The translations under genes and the position numbers were made by a program. This document shows positions 1 through 8,166 of a DNA stretch of 22,871 bases, one piece after another (the stretch's first letter is position 1; each line of letters opens with the position of its first letter). Location: the NCBI GenBank assembly GCA_000960865.2, contig JZWU02000024.1:1-22871 (forward strand), read 5' to 3'. This DNA comes from Vulcanisaeta sp. AZ3. GTDB lineage: Archaea; Thermoproteota; Thermoprotei; Thermoproteales; Thermocladiaceae. The notes below the pieces were generated by a model. The model did no database searches, was not told where the DNA came from, and saw nothing but the letters and a program-made list of their open reading frames with translations.

Positions 1-308
1 CCGAGAACTTTACCCGGCTTAGGCATTGGTAACCTAAATAATTTAAAACCACTTGGTCCATACTGATGAACGCATTCCTCGCCTAGCTCACTGGGTAAGT
101 TAACAATTGTTATGGCCTCGAAGGGGCACTTCCTAATACATATACCGCATGCAGTGCATAGGTCTGTAATTACAGGATGCCCCAACTGTTCATCCATATA
201 GATGGCTCTCCCACCACCCCTAACAATTGGGCAAAACCTAATGCACTCCTGGCTACACTTCCTAGGTTGGCAGAGGTCCTTATCAATAACGGCAACTCTA
301 ATGGGCAT
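1..308 (-). CDS. rli: ABCE1/Rli ribosome recycling ATPase, 5' part (runs off the window edge)
   Basis: Not in the ORF track. Manual translation from ATG at 308: MPIRVAVIDKDLCQPRKCSQECIRFCPIV...LCTACGICIRKCPFEAITIVNLPSEL...HQYGPSGFKLFRLPMPKPGKVL. This is the diagnostic two-[4Fe-4S] N-terminus plus the YG..F.L..LP.P..G segment before NBD1. Confidence 0.95.
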   Translation of the reverse strand, partial: MPIRVAVIDKDLCQPRKCSQECIRFCPIVRGGGRAIYMDEQLGHPVITDLCTACGICIRKCPFEAITIVNLPSELGEECVHQYGPSGFKLFRLPMPKPGKVL

Positions 309-377
309 CTTCCGTGGCAGTGAAACTATACTAAAATTAAACCTTATGCCTAGACGTTTTAGGTAGTGAGTAATGCA

Positions 378-385
378 TTTAATAA
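378..385 (+). promoter_or_regulatory. TATA box (TTTAATAA) for the PAP2 gene, in the divergent promoter region shared with rli
   Basis: Ends 23 nt before ATG 408. A minus-strand TTTAATTT at 334-341 sits similarly before the rli ATG. Confidence 0.5.
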
Positions 386-407
386 GAAATACTCATTCGC
401 TGGACTA

Positions 408-1094
408 ATGGTTTTGAGGATTGAGCGTAAACACATACTTACAGCGCTAATACTATACGTAATATATGTCGCCTTAACAATATACATTGCCATTAACACT
501 GAGAACATCGCACTGAATAGATACCTATTCTTCACAGTATTTAATCATAGAGTCCCCACACTAACGCCATTAATTACCGTACTCAGTACTGATGATTATG
601 GTAGGGCCTTCTTCTGGATACCTGTAGCTCTAATACTGTGGTTCTTCGGTGGTAGGTATAGGAAGGCTAGTGTTATTATGGTCTCTGCATTCGTAATAAG
701 TCTCGTGCTAGGGGAGTTAATGAAGCACATAATGTATGAACCAAGACCTTTCCTCATACTAAACATAACACCCCTAATACATGAACCAGCAGATTCCTCA
801 TATCCCTCGGGACATGCCCTCATCGTAGGCACAGGCGCCTTCTCAGCCCTAGTCTCATTACCGTGGTACATATCAATACCTCTCACGATAGAGGCATTAC
901 TTGTCTCCTACGGCAGAGTTTATGTTGGTGTTCATTGGCCTCTCGATGTAATTGCTGGATGGATTCTAGGCATTGCAAATACTGAGTTAACACTTGCTCT
1001 GCCTCAATATCAAGAGTTGATTTACTTAATAATGAGGAGGTTACTGTGGTGGTTTAGTTACAGTAGATCTAATGGTCTTTCTACTAATGATTAA
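408..1094 (+). CDS. PAP2-family membrane phosphatase (lipid/polyprenyl phosphate phosphatase-like)
   Basis: Motifs KHIMYEPRP (Kx6RP), PSGH and GRVYVGVHWPLD (SRx5HxxxD variant), with several hydrophobic helices. ATG 408 preferred over GTG 366 because of TATA spacing. Confidence 0.9.
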   Translation: MVLRIERKHILTALILYVIYVALTIYIAINTENIALNRYLFFTVFNHRVPTLTPLITVLSTDDYGRAFFWIPVALILWFFGGRYRKASVIMVSAFVISLVLGELMKHIMYEPRPFLILNITPLIHEPADSSYPSGHALIVGTGAFSALVSLPWYISIPLTIEALLVSYGRVYVGVHWPLDVIAGWILGIANTELTLALPQYQELIYLIMRRLLWWFSYSRSNGLSTND

Positions 1095-1838
1095 GTAACC
1101 TGTGTGGGCATTAATCCAGGTTTGTGGCCTAACCTCGTTAGGCTCCGTCTTCCACTCCCTAACTGTTACATCCATCATTTTAACATCGATATAACCATTA
1201 CCATGTAATGCGCTCAGCGTCTTAATCACTTGATTAACTGTGGGCACGTATATGACCAAGACACCATCGCTTTTAAGAGCCTCGGTAGCCCTTGGTATTG
1301 CATTCCAGGGATCACCCATGTCCAAAATAATAACATCTAGATCTCTCTCTGAGAAGCCCTCTGTAATTACGTCCCTAATCCCCAATTCAACCCAGTCTAA
1401 GAGCCCGAGTATCTCGAGATTCCTCTTTGTGGTTCTAATGGCGTCCTCTCTCCTATCATAACCATAAACCTTACCATTTGGTCTCACGTAATAGGCAAGA
1501 ATAGCTGTCATAAATCCACTACCAACGCCTGCCTCACCAACCCTACTGCCAAGCCCAATCCCAGCATTAATTATTATTTGTGCTGCATCCTTAGGGTAAA
1601 TAACCTGGGTAACTCTATCCATTTTCTCCAGAAGTATGTCAGTAATGAGTGGTCTTACTACGGCTAGCTCAAAACCTAAGTTAGTCCTTACCACGGATCC
1701 ATACTCAAGGCCTAGTACATCATCGGCACTTATAATGCCCCTTATTGTGTTTATTTTCGAGTCCCTTGTAACCTTAACCACAGATCTAACGCCGTCACCA
1801 ACCACTAACACGTAATCGCCATCCTTAATGGGCATCAT
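1041..1838 (-). CDS. trmI: tRNA (adenine-N1, m1A57/58) methyltransferase TrmI
   Basis: TQVIYPKD, EAGVGSG SAM motif, LDMGDPW and C-terminal RP...HTGY are TrmI/GCD14 signatures. Confidence 0.92.
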   Translation of the reverse strand: MMPIKDGDYVLVVGDGVRSVVKVTRDSKINTIRGIISADDVLGLEYGSVVRTNLGFELAVVRPLITDILLEKMDRVTQVIYPKDAAQIIINAGIGLGSRVGEAGVGSGFMTAILAYYVRPNGKVYGYDRREDAIRTTKRNLEILGLLDWVELGIRDVITEGFSERDLDVIILDMGDPWNAIPRATEALKSDGVLVIYVPTVNQVIKTLSALHGNGYIDVKMMDVTVREWKTEPNEVRPQTWINAHTGYLIISRKTIRSTVTKPPQ

Positions 1839-1858
1839 CTCGTAGTTATGTAGCGAAT

Positions 1859-2503
1859 TTATGAATCTTTACCAGAGGCACCATTCTCGATAATATTCAT
1901 ACTTCTACTAACTTCATCATTAATGATACCCTCTAGGTAATTAAAGAATTCCTCCATTGATCCATTGATAAGACCGTTCTTAACTTTATTATTCCACTCC
2001 TCAACGATTCTCCTAAACTCTGCCTTCGATGTTACAGCGTTCTTAATCGAAGCTAACTCTACGGTGAAGCGTGCATAACCACCTCTATTAAGGCCTGGGC
2101 AGTAACCTATGGCCTTCTCGTAAACCTCGAACTTTACAATATCGCTATCAAGCCAATAAATAAATGGATAATACCTACACACATTGGGTTTAGCTGGATG
2201 TATTGAGCAAATTAATTTATTGCCAACCCACTTATTAAATATACAAGTACCATCAAGCCTCTTCTTAAGAATTAAATAATACTCTCCATCCTTAAGCTTA
2301 ATGACTGGTTCATCCCAATCCGCCGCCATATCCTTAGGGAAGAGGGCCAAGAACTCCCTAGGCTTCATTCCCGTGTATTTAATAATCTCAGCTGCATCCC
2401 TATGAGTCACTGGTATCCAATAACGTTTACAACACTCTCCGCACAAGGTGCAGGTGAACCTTACCCTAGGGAACTCCGCCTTCATTAGCGGCGTACGGAT
2501 CAT
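1859..2503 (-). CDS. YkgJ family cysteine-cluster (CxxCxxCC) protein
   Basis: FTCTLCGECC, GTCIF, CSIHPAKPNVCRYYPF and CPG match the YkgJ/UPF0153 pattern. Confidence 0.88.
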   Translation of the reverse strand: MIRTPLMKAEFPRVRFTCTLCGECCKRYWIPVTHRDAAEIIKYTGMKPREFLALFPKDMAADWDEPVIKLKDGEYYLILKKRLDGTCIFNKWVGNKLICSIHPAKPNVCRYYPFIYWLDSDIVKFEVYEKAIGYCPGLNRGGYARFTVELASIKNAVTSKAEFRRIVEEWNNKVKNGLINGSMEEFFNYLEGIINDEVSRSMNIIENGASGKDS

Positions 2504-2568
2504 CTTTTCAGGACTTTTTAACTCTTAAAGTCGCAACACTTAAAATCTAGCGATGCAACCTTTACAAC

Positions 2569-4767
2569 ATGCCTCATTATGTTGGACAGAGAGTTAAGAG
2601 AATTGAGGATCCCAAAATACTAACTGGGAATGCTAGGTATGTGGATGATATTGAGTTTCCGGGCACGTTATTTCTAGCTTTACTCAGAAGCCCCATACCT
2701 CACGCAAAGTTAACTAGGGTGGATTATAGCGATGCCCTAAAGATTCCTGGCATAGTTACGGTAATAACAGGTCTAAACATACCTGTTGAAAATAGGCCTA
2801 GGAACTTCCCAATGGCTAAAGACGAAATATTATACGTAGGTCAGCCAATAGCAGCTGTAGTTGCTACAGATAGATATAGGGCCTATGATGCTCTTGAGTA
2901 CATACAGTTTGATTATGAGCCATTACCGGCAGTTACGGATCCTGAGGAGGCTTTGAAGAACGAGATTAGGGCTATTGAGGGCATGGACAATATTGGGTAT
3001 AGGAAAACCTACAAGAGCGGCGATCCTGAGAAAGCTTTGTCAGAAAGTGATGTAATTATTGAGACAAAGTTGGAGATGGCCAGGGTCTACCCAGCTCCCA
3101 TGGAGCCTCGCGGATTACTATCCATATACCAAGGCGGTAGATTAACAGTCTATGCCTCCACACAAGCGCCGCACTATATGAGGAAGTTCCTAATGGATTC
3201 ATTTAAGGACTACGTAAGTGATATCAGGGTTGTTCAAGCCGATGTTGGTGGCGCCTTCGGCAGCAAGATGTTCCCATACCCAGAGGACTACATTACTGTC
3301 TATGCAAGCATAATGCTGAGGAGGCCTGTTAAGTGGGTTAATACGAGAAGGGATGACATAATGAGTACATACCATAGTAGGGGACAGATTCATCAATTAA
3401 GGGCTGGCTTCACGAAGAGTGGTGAGTGGAGGGCATTAATTGATGACCTAGTAATAGATTTAGGCGCTGCAACTCATGGCTATTACTTAGCAGATATAAC
3501 AGCTACCCTAATTAGCGGGCCTTATAGAGTCAAGGATATATTAGTTGAGGTTTATGGGGTTAGGACGAACAAGACACCCCTAGATCAATACAGGGGTGCT
3601 GGGCGTCCTGAAGCATCCTTTGTATATGAAAGAATTATGGACATGGCAGCTGAGGAATTAGGTATGGATCCAATTGAGATTAGAAGAATGAATGTTATTA
3701 CAGAGTTGCCATACACAAATCCATTCGGCCATCATTATGACAGTGGTAACTATCTAAGAATGTTAAGCCTCGCTGAGCAATACTATCGGGATTTTGAGAG
3801 AAAAGCCGAGGAACTTAAGAGACAAGGAAGAAGGGTTGGTGTTGGGTTATCTCTATACATTGAGCAGAATAACTTTGGTCCCTGGGAATCCGCCTCTGTC
3901 AGGATTAAATCGGATGGTAAGATCCTCGTTATAATAGGTGCGGCCCCGCATGGACAGGGAGATGCAACTGCAATAGCTCAGATAGTGGCTGATGAACTTG
4001 GTGTAGATATTAACCAGGTTGAGGTTTCATGGGGAGACACGGAACTCATCGGTGAGGGATTCGGAACCTTTGGTAGTCGTACATTAACCCTGGCAGGCAA
4101 TGCAGCACTGCTGGCTGCCAGGAGTGTTAAGGAGAGGTTAAAGACGTTAGGCGCTCAACTTATGGGCGTGAATATTGAGGAGGTTGATTATGAGGAGGGT
4201 AAGGTTGTGCATAGAAAGAGTGGTAGGTCCATGAGTATAACTGAGATAGTCTCTATGATAACAGGAAATGTTGGTGGTACATGGAATTATGGGGCAGAGC
4301 CTAAACTTGAGGAGACAGCATACTTCGGCTTCAAGGACTATACATACCCATATGGCTCTCACGTAGCTCTCGTAGAGGTTACTGAGGAGGGTTTAGTTAG
4401 AGTCTTGGATTATGTGGCGATTGACGACATAGGCCTTGTGGTAAACCCAATGTTAGCTGAAGGACAGGTAATTGGTGGTGTTATTCAAGGCTTTGGTGAG
4501 ACGGTTCTTGAGGAAGTTAAGTATGATGAATCTGGAAATCTCATAACGCAATCATTTGGTGAGTATTGGCTTCCAACAATTATGGAGTCCTTCAAGGTCA
4601 AGTGGATATACATGGAGGAGGGTAGGTCTGATGCGCCAATACCTGCGAAGGGGATTGCCGAGGGGCCGTTGATTGGAGTTTTACCTGCCCTGATTGGTGC
4701 GATAGAACGAGCAGTTGGTAAGAGGATAACAAGGATACCGATTGATCCTGATTACTTGTTTAAATAA
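2569..4767 (+). CDS. Xanthine dehydrogenase family molybdopterin-binding large subunit (CutA/CoxL-like, probable aldehyde oxidoreductase)
   Basis: TGNARYVDD, RSPIPHA, PMEPRG, VGGAFGSK, QYRGAGRPE, HGQG, GTFGSR, NPMLAEGQ and AKGIAE motifs. Confidence 0.92.
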   Translation: MPHYVGQRVKRIEDPKILTGNARYVDDIEFPGTLFLALLRSPIPHAKLTRVDYSDALKIPGIVTVITGLNIPVENRPRNFPMAKDEILYVGQPIAAVVATDRYRAYDALEYIQFDYEPLPAVTDPEEALKNEIRAIEGMDNIGYRKTYKSGDPEKALSESDVIIETKLEMARVYPAPMEPRGLLSIYQGGRLTVYASTQAPHYMRKFLMDSFKDYVSDIRVVQADVGGAFGSKMFPYPEDYITVYASIMLRRPVKWVNTRRDDIMSTYHSRGQIHQLRAGFTKSGEWRALIDDLVIDLGAATHGYYLADITATLISGPYRVKDILVEVYGVRTNKTPLDQYRGAGRPEASFVYERIMDMAAEELGMDPIEIRRMNVITELPYTNPFGHHYDSGNYLRMLSLAEQYYRDFERKAEELKRQGRRVGVGLSLYIEQNNFGPWESASVRIKSDGKILVIIGAAPHGQGDATAIAQIVADELGVDINQVEVSWGDTELIGEGFGTFGSRTLTLAGNAALLAARSVKERLKTLGAQLMGVNIEEVDYEEGKVVHRKSGRSMSITEIVSMITGNVGGTWNYGAEPKLEETAYFGFKDYTYPYGSHVALVEVTEEGLVRVLDYVAIDDIGLVVNPMLAEGQVIGGVIQGFGETVLEEVKYDESGNLITQSFGEYWLPTIMESFKVKWIYMEEGRSDAPIPAKGIAEGPLIGVLPALIGAIERAVGKRITRIPIDPDYLFK

Positions 4768-4794
4768 ATAATGAAGTGAGTTCTTTAACTCTCA

Positions 4795-5541
4795 TTATTG
4801 GCTAGTCGTTGGGCCTTGTACTGATCCTTTTATTTCTTGGAGATACTTACCTATCTCATCGAGCGTCAATTTCCTAAACTGCCCAGTCTTCACATCTATA
4901 ACCCCAATCTCTAATCTATCGGGCTCAGGGCTCTCTAGAACTAGGCTTAAAGCCCTAATTGCCAATTTAATGCAATCATTAAGATTCGCATCATACTTAT
5001 ATTCCTTCTCGAGGAACTCCGTAATCCTACTAGACTCCGCACCCATTGCCACAGCATAAAAGCCAAAGTATATGCCTCCTGGATCTGTCTGGAATAGTCT
5101 TGGACCGTGCTTATCAACACCACCCACAATTAATGCAGCTCCAAATGGCCTAACACCACCATATTGAGTGTGTATCTGCTTTAAGTCGCATATTCTCTTC
5201 GTGAGGACCTCGACGTCTATTGGTTCGTCATATAGAAGCCTATATGTTTGGGCCTCCTGCCTAGCGTTCTCAATTAAAACCCTAGCATCTGATAATAGAC
5301 CTGAGGCTGCAATACCAATGTGATCATCAACCATGTAGACCTTCTCAATACTATTAAGGTCAATTAAGGCACTGACCTTTCTCTTCTCGGCAGCCAAAAC
5401 AACACCATCAACGCACTTAATACCCACGGTGGCCCAACCCCTTTTAACAGCCTCTCCCGCATATCTAACCTGGTACAACTCTCCCTCAGGAGAGAATATC
5501 GTGATTGCTCTATCGTACCCATATACCTGCGGACTGAACAT
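4795..5541 (-). CDS. psmA: 20S proteasome alpha subunit
   Basis: GYDRAITIFSPEGELYQVRYA alpha-subunit signature, plus TQYGGVRPFG. Confidence 0.97.
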   Translation of the reverse strand: MFSPQVYGYDRAITIFSPEGELYQVRYAGEAVKRGWATVGIKCVDGVVLAAEKRKVSALIDLNSIEKVYMVDDHIGIAASGLLSDARVLIENARQEAQTYRLLYDEPIDVEVLTKRICDLKQIHTQYGGVRPFGAALIVGGVDKHGPRLFQTDPGGIYFGFYAVAMGAESSRITEFLEKEYKYDANLNDCIKLAIRALSLVLESPEPDRLEIGVIDVKTGQFRKLTLDEIGKYLQEIKGSVQGPTTSQ

Positions 5542-5570
5542 GCCTACCGAATGACTTAATTACGGGGGTC

Positions 5571-5694
5571 TTTTTAAATCAAACCTTCCTACTCAGCATA
5601 ATTAATCAACCAGCGAAAATAATGTGTTACTTACCTCAAGGAGATATTTTGCTTCTCGCAGTAAGTTTTCTCACTAGTGGGTAAGCTTTTTAAA
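5571..5694. promoter_or_regulatory. Divergent promoter region psmA / NifX-MTase
   Basis: TTTAAAAA on the minus strand (5571-5578) about 30 nt before the psmA ATG. TTTTTAAA (5687-5694) ends 23 nt before ATG 5717. Confidence 0.55.
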
Positions 5695-5716
5695 TTAGTA
5701 ATCGGATTCGATATTG

Positions 5717-6586
5717 ATGAAAATCGCACTATCAGTTAGTGGAGACTATGTATCAGGACCTGGAGAAGGAGATGAGGTTTGGATTGTAGAGGTCGATAAG
5801 GATTCCTATAAAGTCGTGGAACGCTTCGAAAACCCAGCTAAATACGCAACGCAAGTCAGGGGCATTTTCATGCTTAGGAGTGCCCTGGACCATGGAGCTA
5901 ATGTAGTTATTTTATCAGAGATAGGGCCTCCAGGTTATAGATGGGCTGTTGATAGAGGCATTAAAGTTTTCATATTTGAGGGCAAGGTTGAGGATGCAAT
6001 TAGAGCATTCATCGAGGGCAGACTAGGAGAGGCTCAAGGTCCAACGCATAATGAGCATCATCATGGGCATCATCATTATGGACATTGGCATAGGGAAGTG
6101 GATAATTATGATTTCTTAAGGCCATACATAATCAAGGATGCAGTAATAGCTGACCTTGGGTGTGGAACAGGCTATTATTGTCACTTCTTTAAGAACTACG
6201 CATCGAGGCTTTACTGTGTCGACATCGATAATGAGGCACTTGAGGTTGTAAGAAATGAGTTAGGTAATTATGACAATGTGGTTATACTTAATGAGGATGT
6301 GACTAAAACATCAATACCAAGCGGTACTGTTGACATTGCATTTATGTCAAATGCATTCCATGATGTTGAAGATAAGGAGGCATTAGTTAGGGAAATTGGG
6401 AGAATATTGAAGATAGGTGGTAGGTTATTAATTATTGAGTTTAGGAAGAATGTAGTCTTCGGTCCACCATTTAAGTTAAGCCCCGAGGAGGTCGAGGAGT
6501 ACTTCGTTAGAGAGGGCTTCATCAAAGAGAACATTGTAGATGTATCCCCGTACCACTACATGATTATACTCAGGAAACAAAAGTGA
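5717..6586 (+). CDS. Fusion: NifB/NifX-family domain + His-rich linker + class I SAM-dependent methyltransferase
   Basis: N-terminal MKIAL..., ERFENPA, GANVVILSEIGPPGY...GIKVF...VEDAIRAF (NifX fold); linker THNEHHHGHHHYGHWH; then IADLGCGTG, YCVDID, NAFHD and RILKIGG (class I MTase). ATG 5717 follows TTG 5714. Confidence 0.82.
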   Translation: MKIALSVSGDYVSGPGEGDEVWIVEVDKDSYKVVERFENPAKYATQVRGIFMLRSALDHGANVVILSEIGPPGYRWAVDRGIKVFIFEGKVEDAIRAFIEGRLGEAQGPTHNEHHHGHHHYGHWHREVDNYDFLRPYIIKDAVIADLGCGTGYYCHFFKNYASRLYCVDIDNEALEVVRNELGNYDNVVILNEDVTKTSIPSGTVDIAFMSNAFHDVEDKEALVREIGRILKIGGRLLIIEFRKNVVFGPPFKLSPEEVEEYFVREGFIKENIVDVSPYHYMIILRKQK

Positions 6587-6661
6587 TGTGCCAGTAATGC
6601 ATGTAATGCATATATGCAATTGGTTTAAATATAGGCATCTATAGAATATTTTTGACCTGAC

Positions 6662-7321
6662 ATGGAGGAACCCTCATGGATTATTAATTACCGGGACATC
6701 ATTAGTGAATTTAGATTAGTATTGTATAAGTTCGAATTTTTTGATCTTAATTTCCAAGGTTTTATCAATGAAATAAACAAGTCATTAATTCATTGCGGAT
6801 ATGACCCAGTTAATGTGATTGTGTCAGATACAATGACTGAACTGTTTGGCGCATACTCAGTATACGTACCTTCCAAACCTGTTTCTCGTATTTATGTGTC
6901 CACAGAACTTCTGAAAAAACCGAGAACGTTACTTGGTAGGGTCCTAATGCATGAGGTATTTCATCACGTACTTTTCCAGAAACCACCTAGTCCATTATTT
7001 AAGCTGGCTCCGAGAAGAACAGAGCCCTTAATTCTCATAACAATACCCTTGTTATTTCTAGCTATTGCAGCAGCCATATTTAGGCCTTATTATGCATTGC
7101 CCTATATAGTCGTGTCGTCAGCTATAATGGTATTCTCAGTGGCAGCATTACTCATCAAGGCATTAAGCGATCACGAATTAGCAGCTACGGCACTTGTCAT
7201 ATACCTAATAACTGGTAGGTGGATTAAGGACTGGGTATATTATCATAGTGATGATGCACTAATGAGCCTTAGATGGTACGATAATGTTAAGCCTAGGGAG
7301 ATCGTCATGCGTGAAAGGTAA
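6662..7321 (+). CDS. Membrane-associated zinc metallopeptidase, M48/HtpX-like gluzincin
   Basis: IYVSTELL...VLMHEVFHH (HExxH), two TM helices, then DHELAA with Glu positioned like the third Zn ligand of M48 peptidases. Confidence 0.65.
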   Translation: MEEPSWIINYRDIISEFRLVLYKFEFFDLNFQGFINEINKSLIHCGYDPVNVIVSDTMTELFGAYSVYVPSKPVSRIYVSTELLKKPRTLLGRVLMHEVFHHVLFQKPPSPLFKLAPRRTEPLILITIPLLFLAIAAAIFRPYYALPYIVVSSAIMVFSVAALLIKALSDHELAATALVIYLITGRWIKDWVYYHSDDALMSLRWYDNVKPREIVMRER

Positions 7322-7349
7322 AATAACCCCCAACTCCTCATTACCCTCG

Positions 7350-8048
7350 ATGATTAGGCATATACTCCTCGACATTGATGGGACATTAACCAAGGATAGA
7401 AATACCGAGGCATTAGAACCAGAGGCAATAGCCGCAATTCAAGAAGCCGTAAGTAAGTACGTGATTGGTCTAGTGACAGGCAATGCCCTAATAGTTACCC
7501 AAGCCCTAGCCCGCTACATAGGTCTACCCAGAGGCTCACCGCTAATAGCAGAGAACGGTTGTATTCTTGAGTATAAGGGTGAAGTGCATGAGTTATGTAA
7601 GGACATGAACCTGAGGGAGGTAGCGTTAAAATTAATGCATGCAATACCAGGTCTAAGACCAACGTATCAATTTAACTATAGGAAGTTCGACATAACATTA
7701 TGGGCACCCAGCGACCCGCATGAATTAGTGAATGTCGTAATTAAGGAATTAAGTAAAATGGGGCTAACAAACAGCATAAGGGTCTCGCATAGCGGCTACG
7801 CTCTACACCTACAGCCTGTGGGATCAAGTAAGTCAGTTGCCGTAAAATATCTCTGTAAGTTAATGAATGTAAATTGCAATGAAGTAGTTTATATTGGTGA
7901 TAGTGATACAGACCTTGATGTTATGGATGTAGTTGGTTACGGTGTTGCGGTGGCTAATGCCACTGATGAGCTAAAGAAGAGGGCTAAAATAGTACTATCA
8001 AAGCCCAGTGGTTTAGGTGTGGCAGAATTCCTAAGGCGCTACATCTAG
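7350..8048 (+). CDS. HAD subfamily IIB phosphatase (archaeal phosphoglycolate phosphatase/SPP-like)
   Basis: LDIDGTL, VTGN, AENG, SK, GDSDTD and AVANA motifs. ATG 7350 places motif I near the N-terminus; the track start at 7284 overlaps the upstream gene. Confidence 0.9.
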   Translation: MIRHILLDIDGTLTKDRNTEALEPEAIAAIQEAVSKYVIGLVTGNALIVTQALARYIGLPRGSPLIAENGCILEYKGEVHELCKDMNLREVALKLMHAIPGLRPTYQFNYRKFDITLWAPSDPHELVNVVIKELSKMGLTNSIRVSHSGYALHLQPVGSSKSVAVKYLCKLMNVNCNEVVYIGDSDTDLDVMDVVGYGVAVANATDELKKRAKIVLSKPSGLGVAEFLRRYI

Positions 8049-8064
8049 GTAATACTGTCTTAGG

Positions 8065-8130
8065 GATTAGGCCACGTGATACTTCCATAGTTCATCTGCC
8101 AAACTTAATGGCAAGTGCCGTGGCTAAATC
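8065..8130. other. Long imperfect hairpin between convergent genes (candidate ncRNA or bidirectional terminator)
   Basis: Nested complementary blocks GATT/AATC, GCCACG/CGTGGC, ACTT/AAGT, CCAT/ATGG and AGTT/AACT around the loop CATCTGCCA. Confidence 0.45.
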
Positions 8131-8166
8131 TTCTATATTGACGGGAACTATTTATGTTTGGAATAA

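Noticed and set aside
2569-4767. True aerobic CO dehydrogenase CoxL
   Set aside because: Lacks the Cu-binding AYRCSFR loop, and no coxMS or accessory genes are adjacent.
5717-6060. Nitrogen fixation gene
   Set aside because: NifX-like domains are common in non-diazotrophic archaea, and there is no nif context here.
6583-6660. GTGATGT...CTGA as a possible C/D sRNA
   Set aside because: Imperfect C box, no internal boxes, too long, and it spans a promoter.
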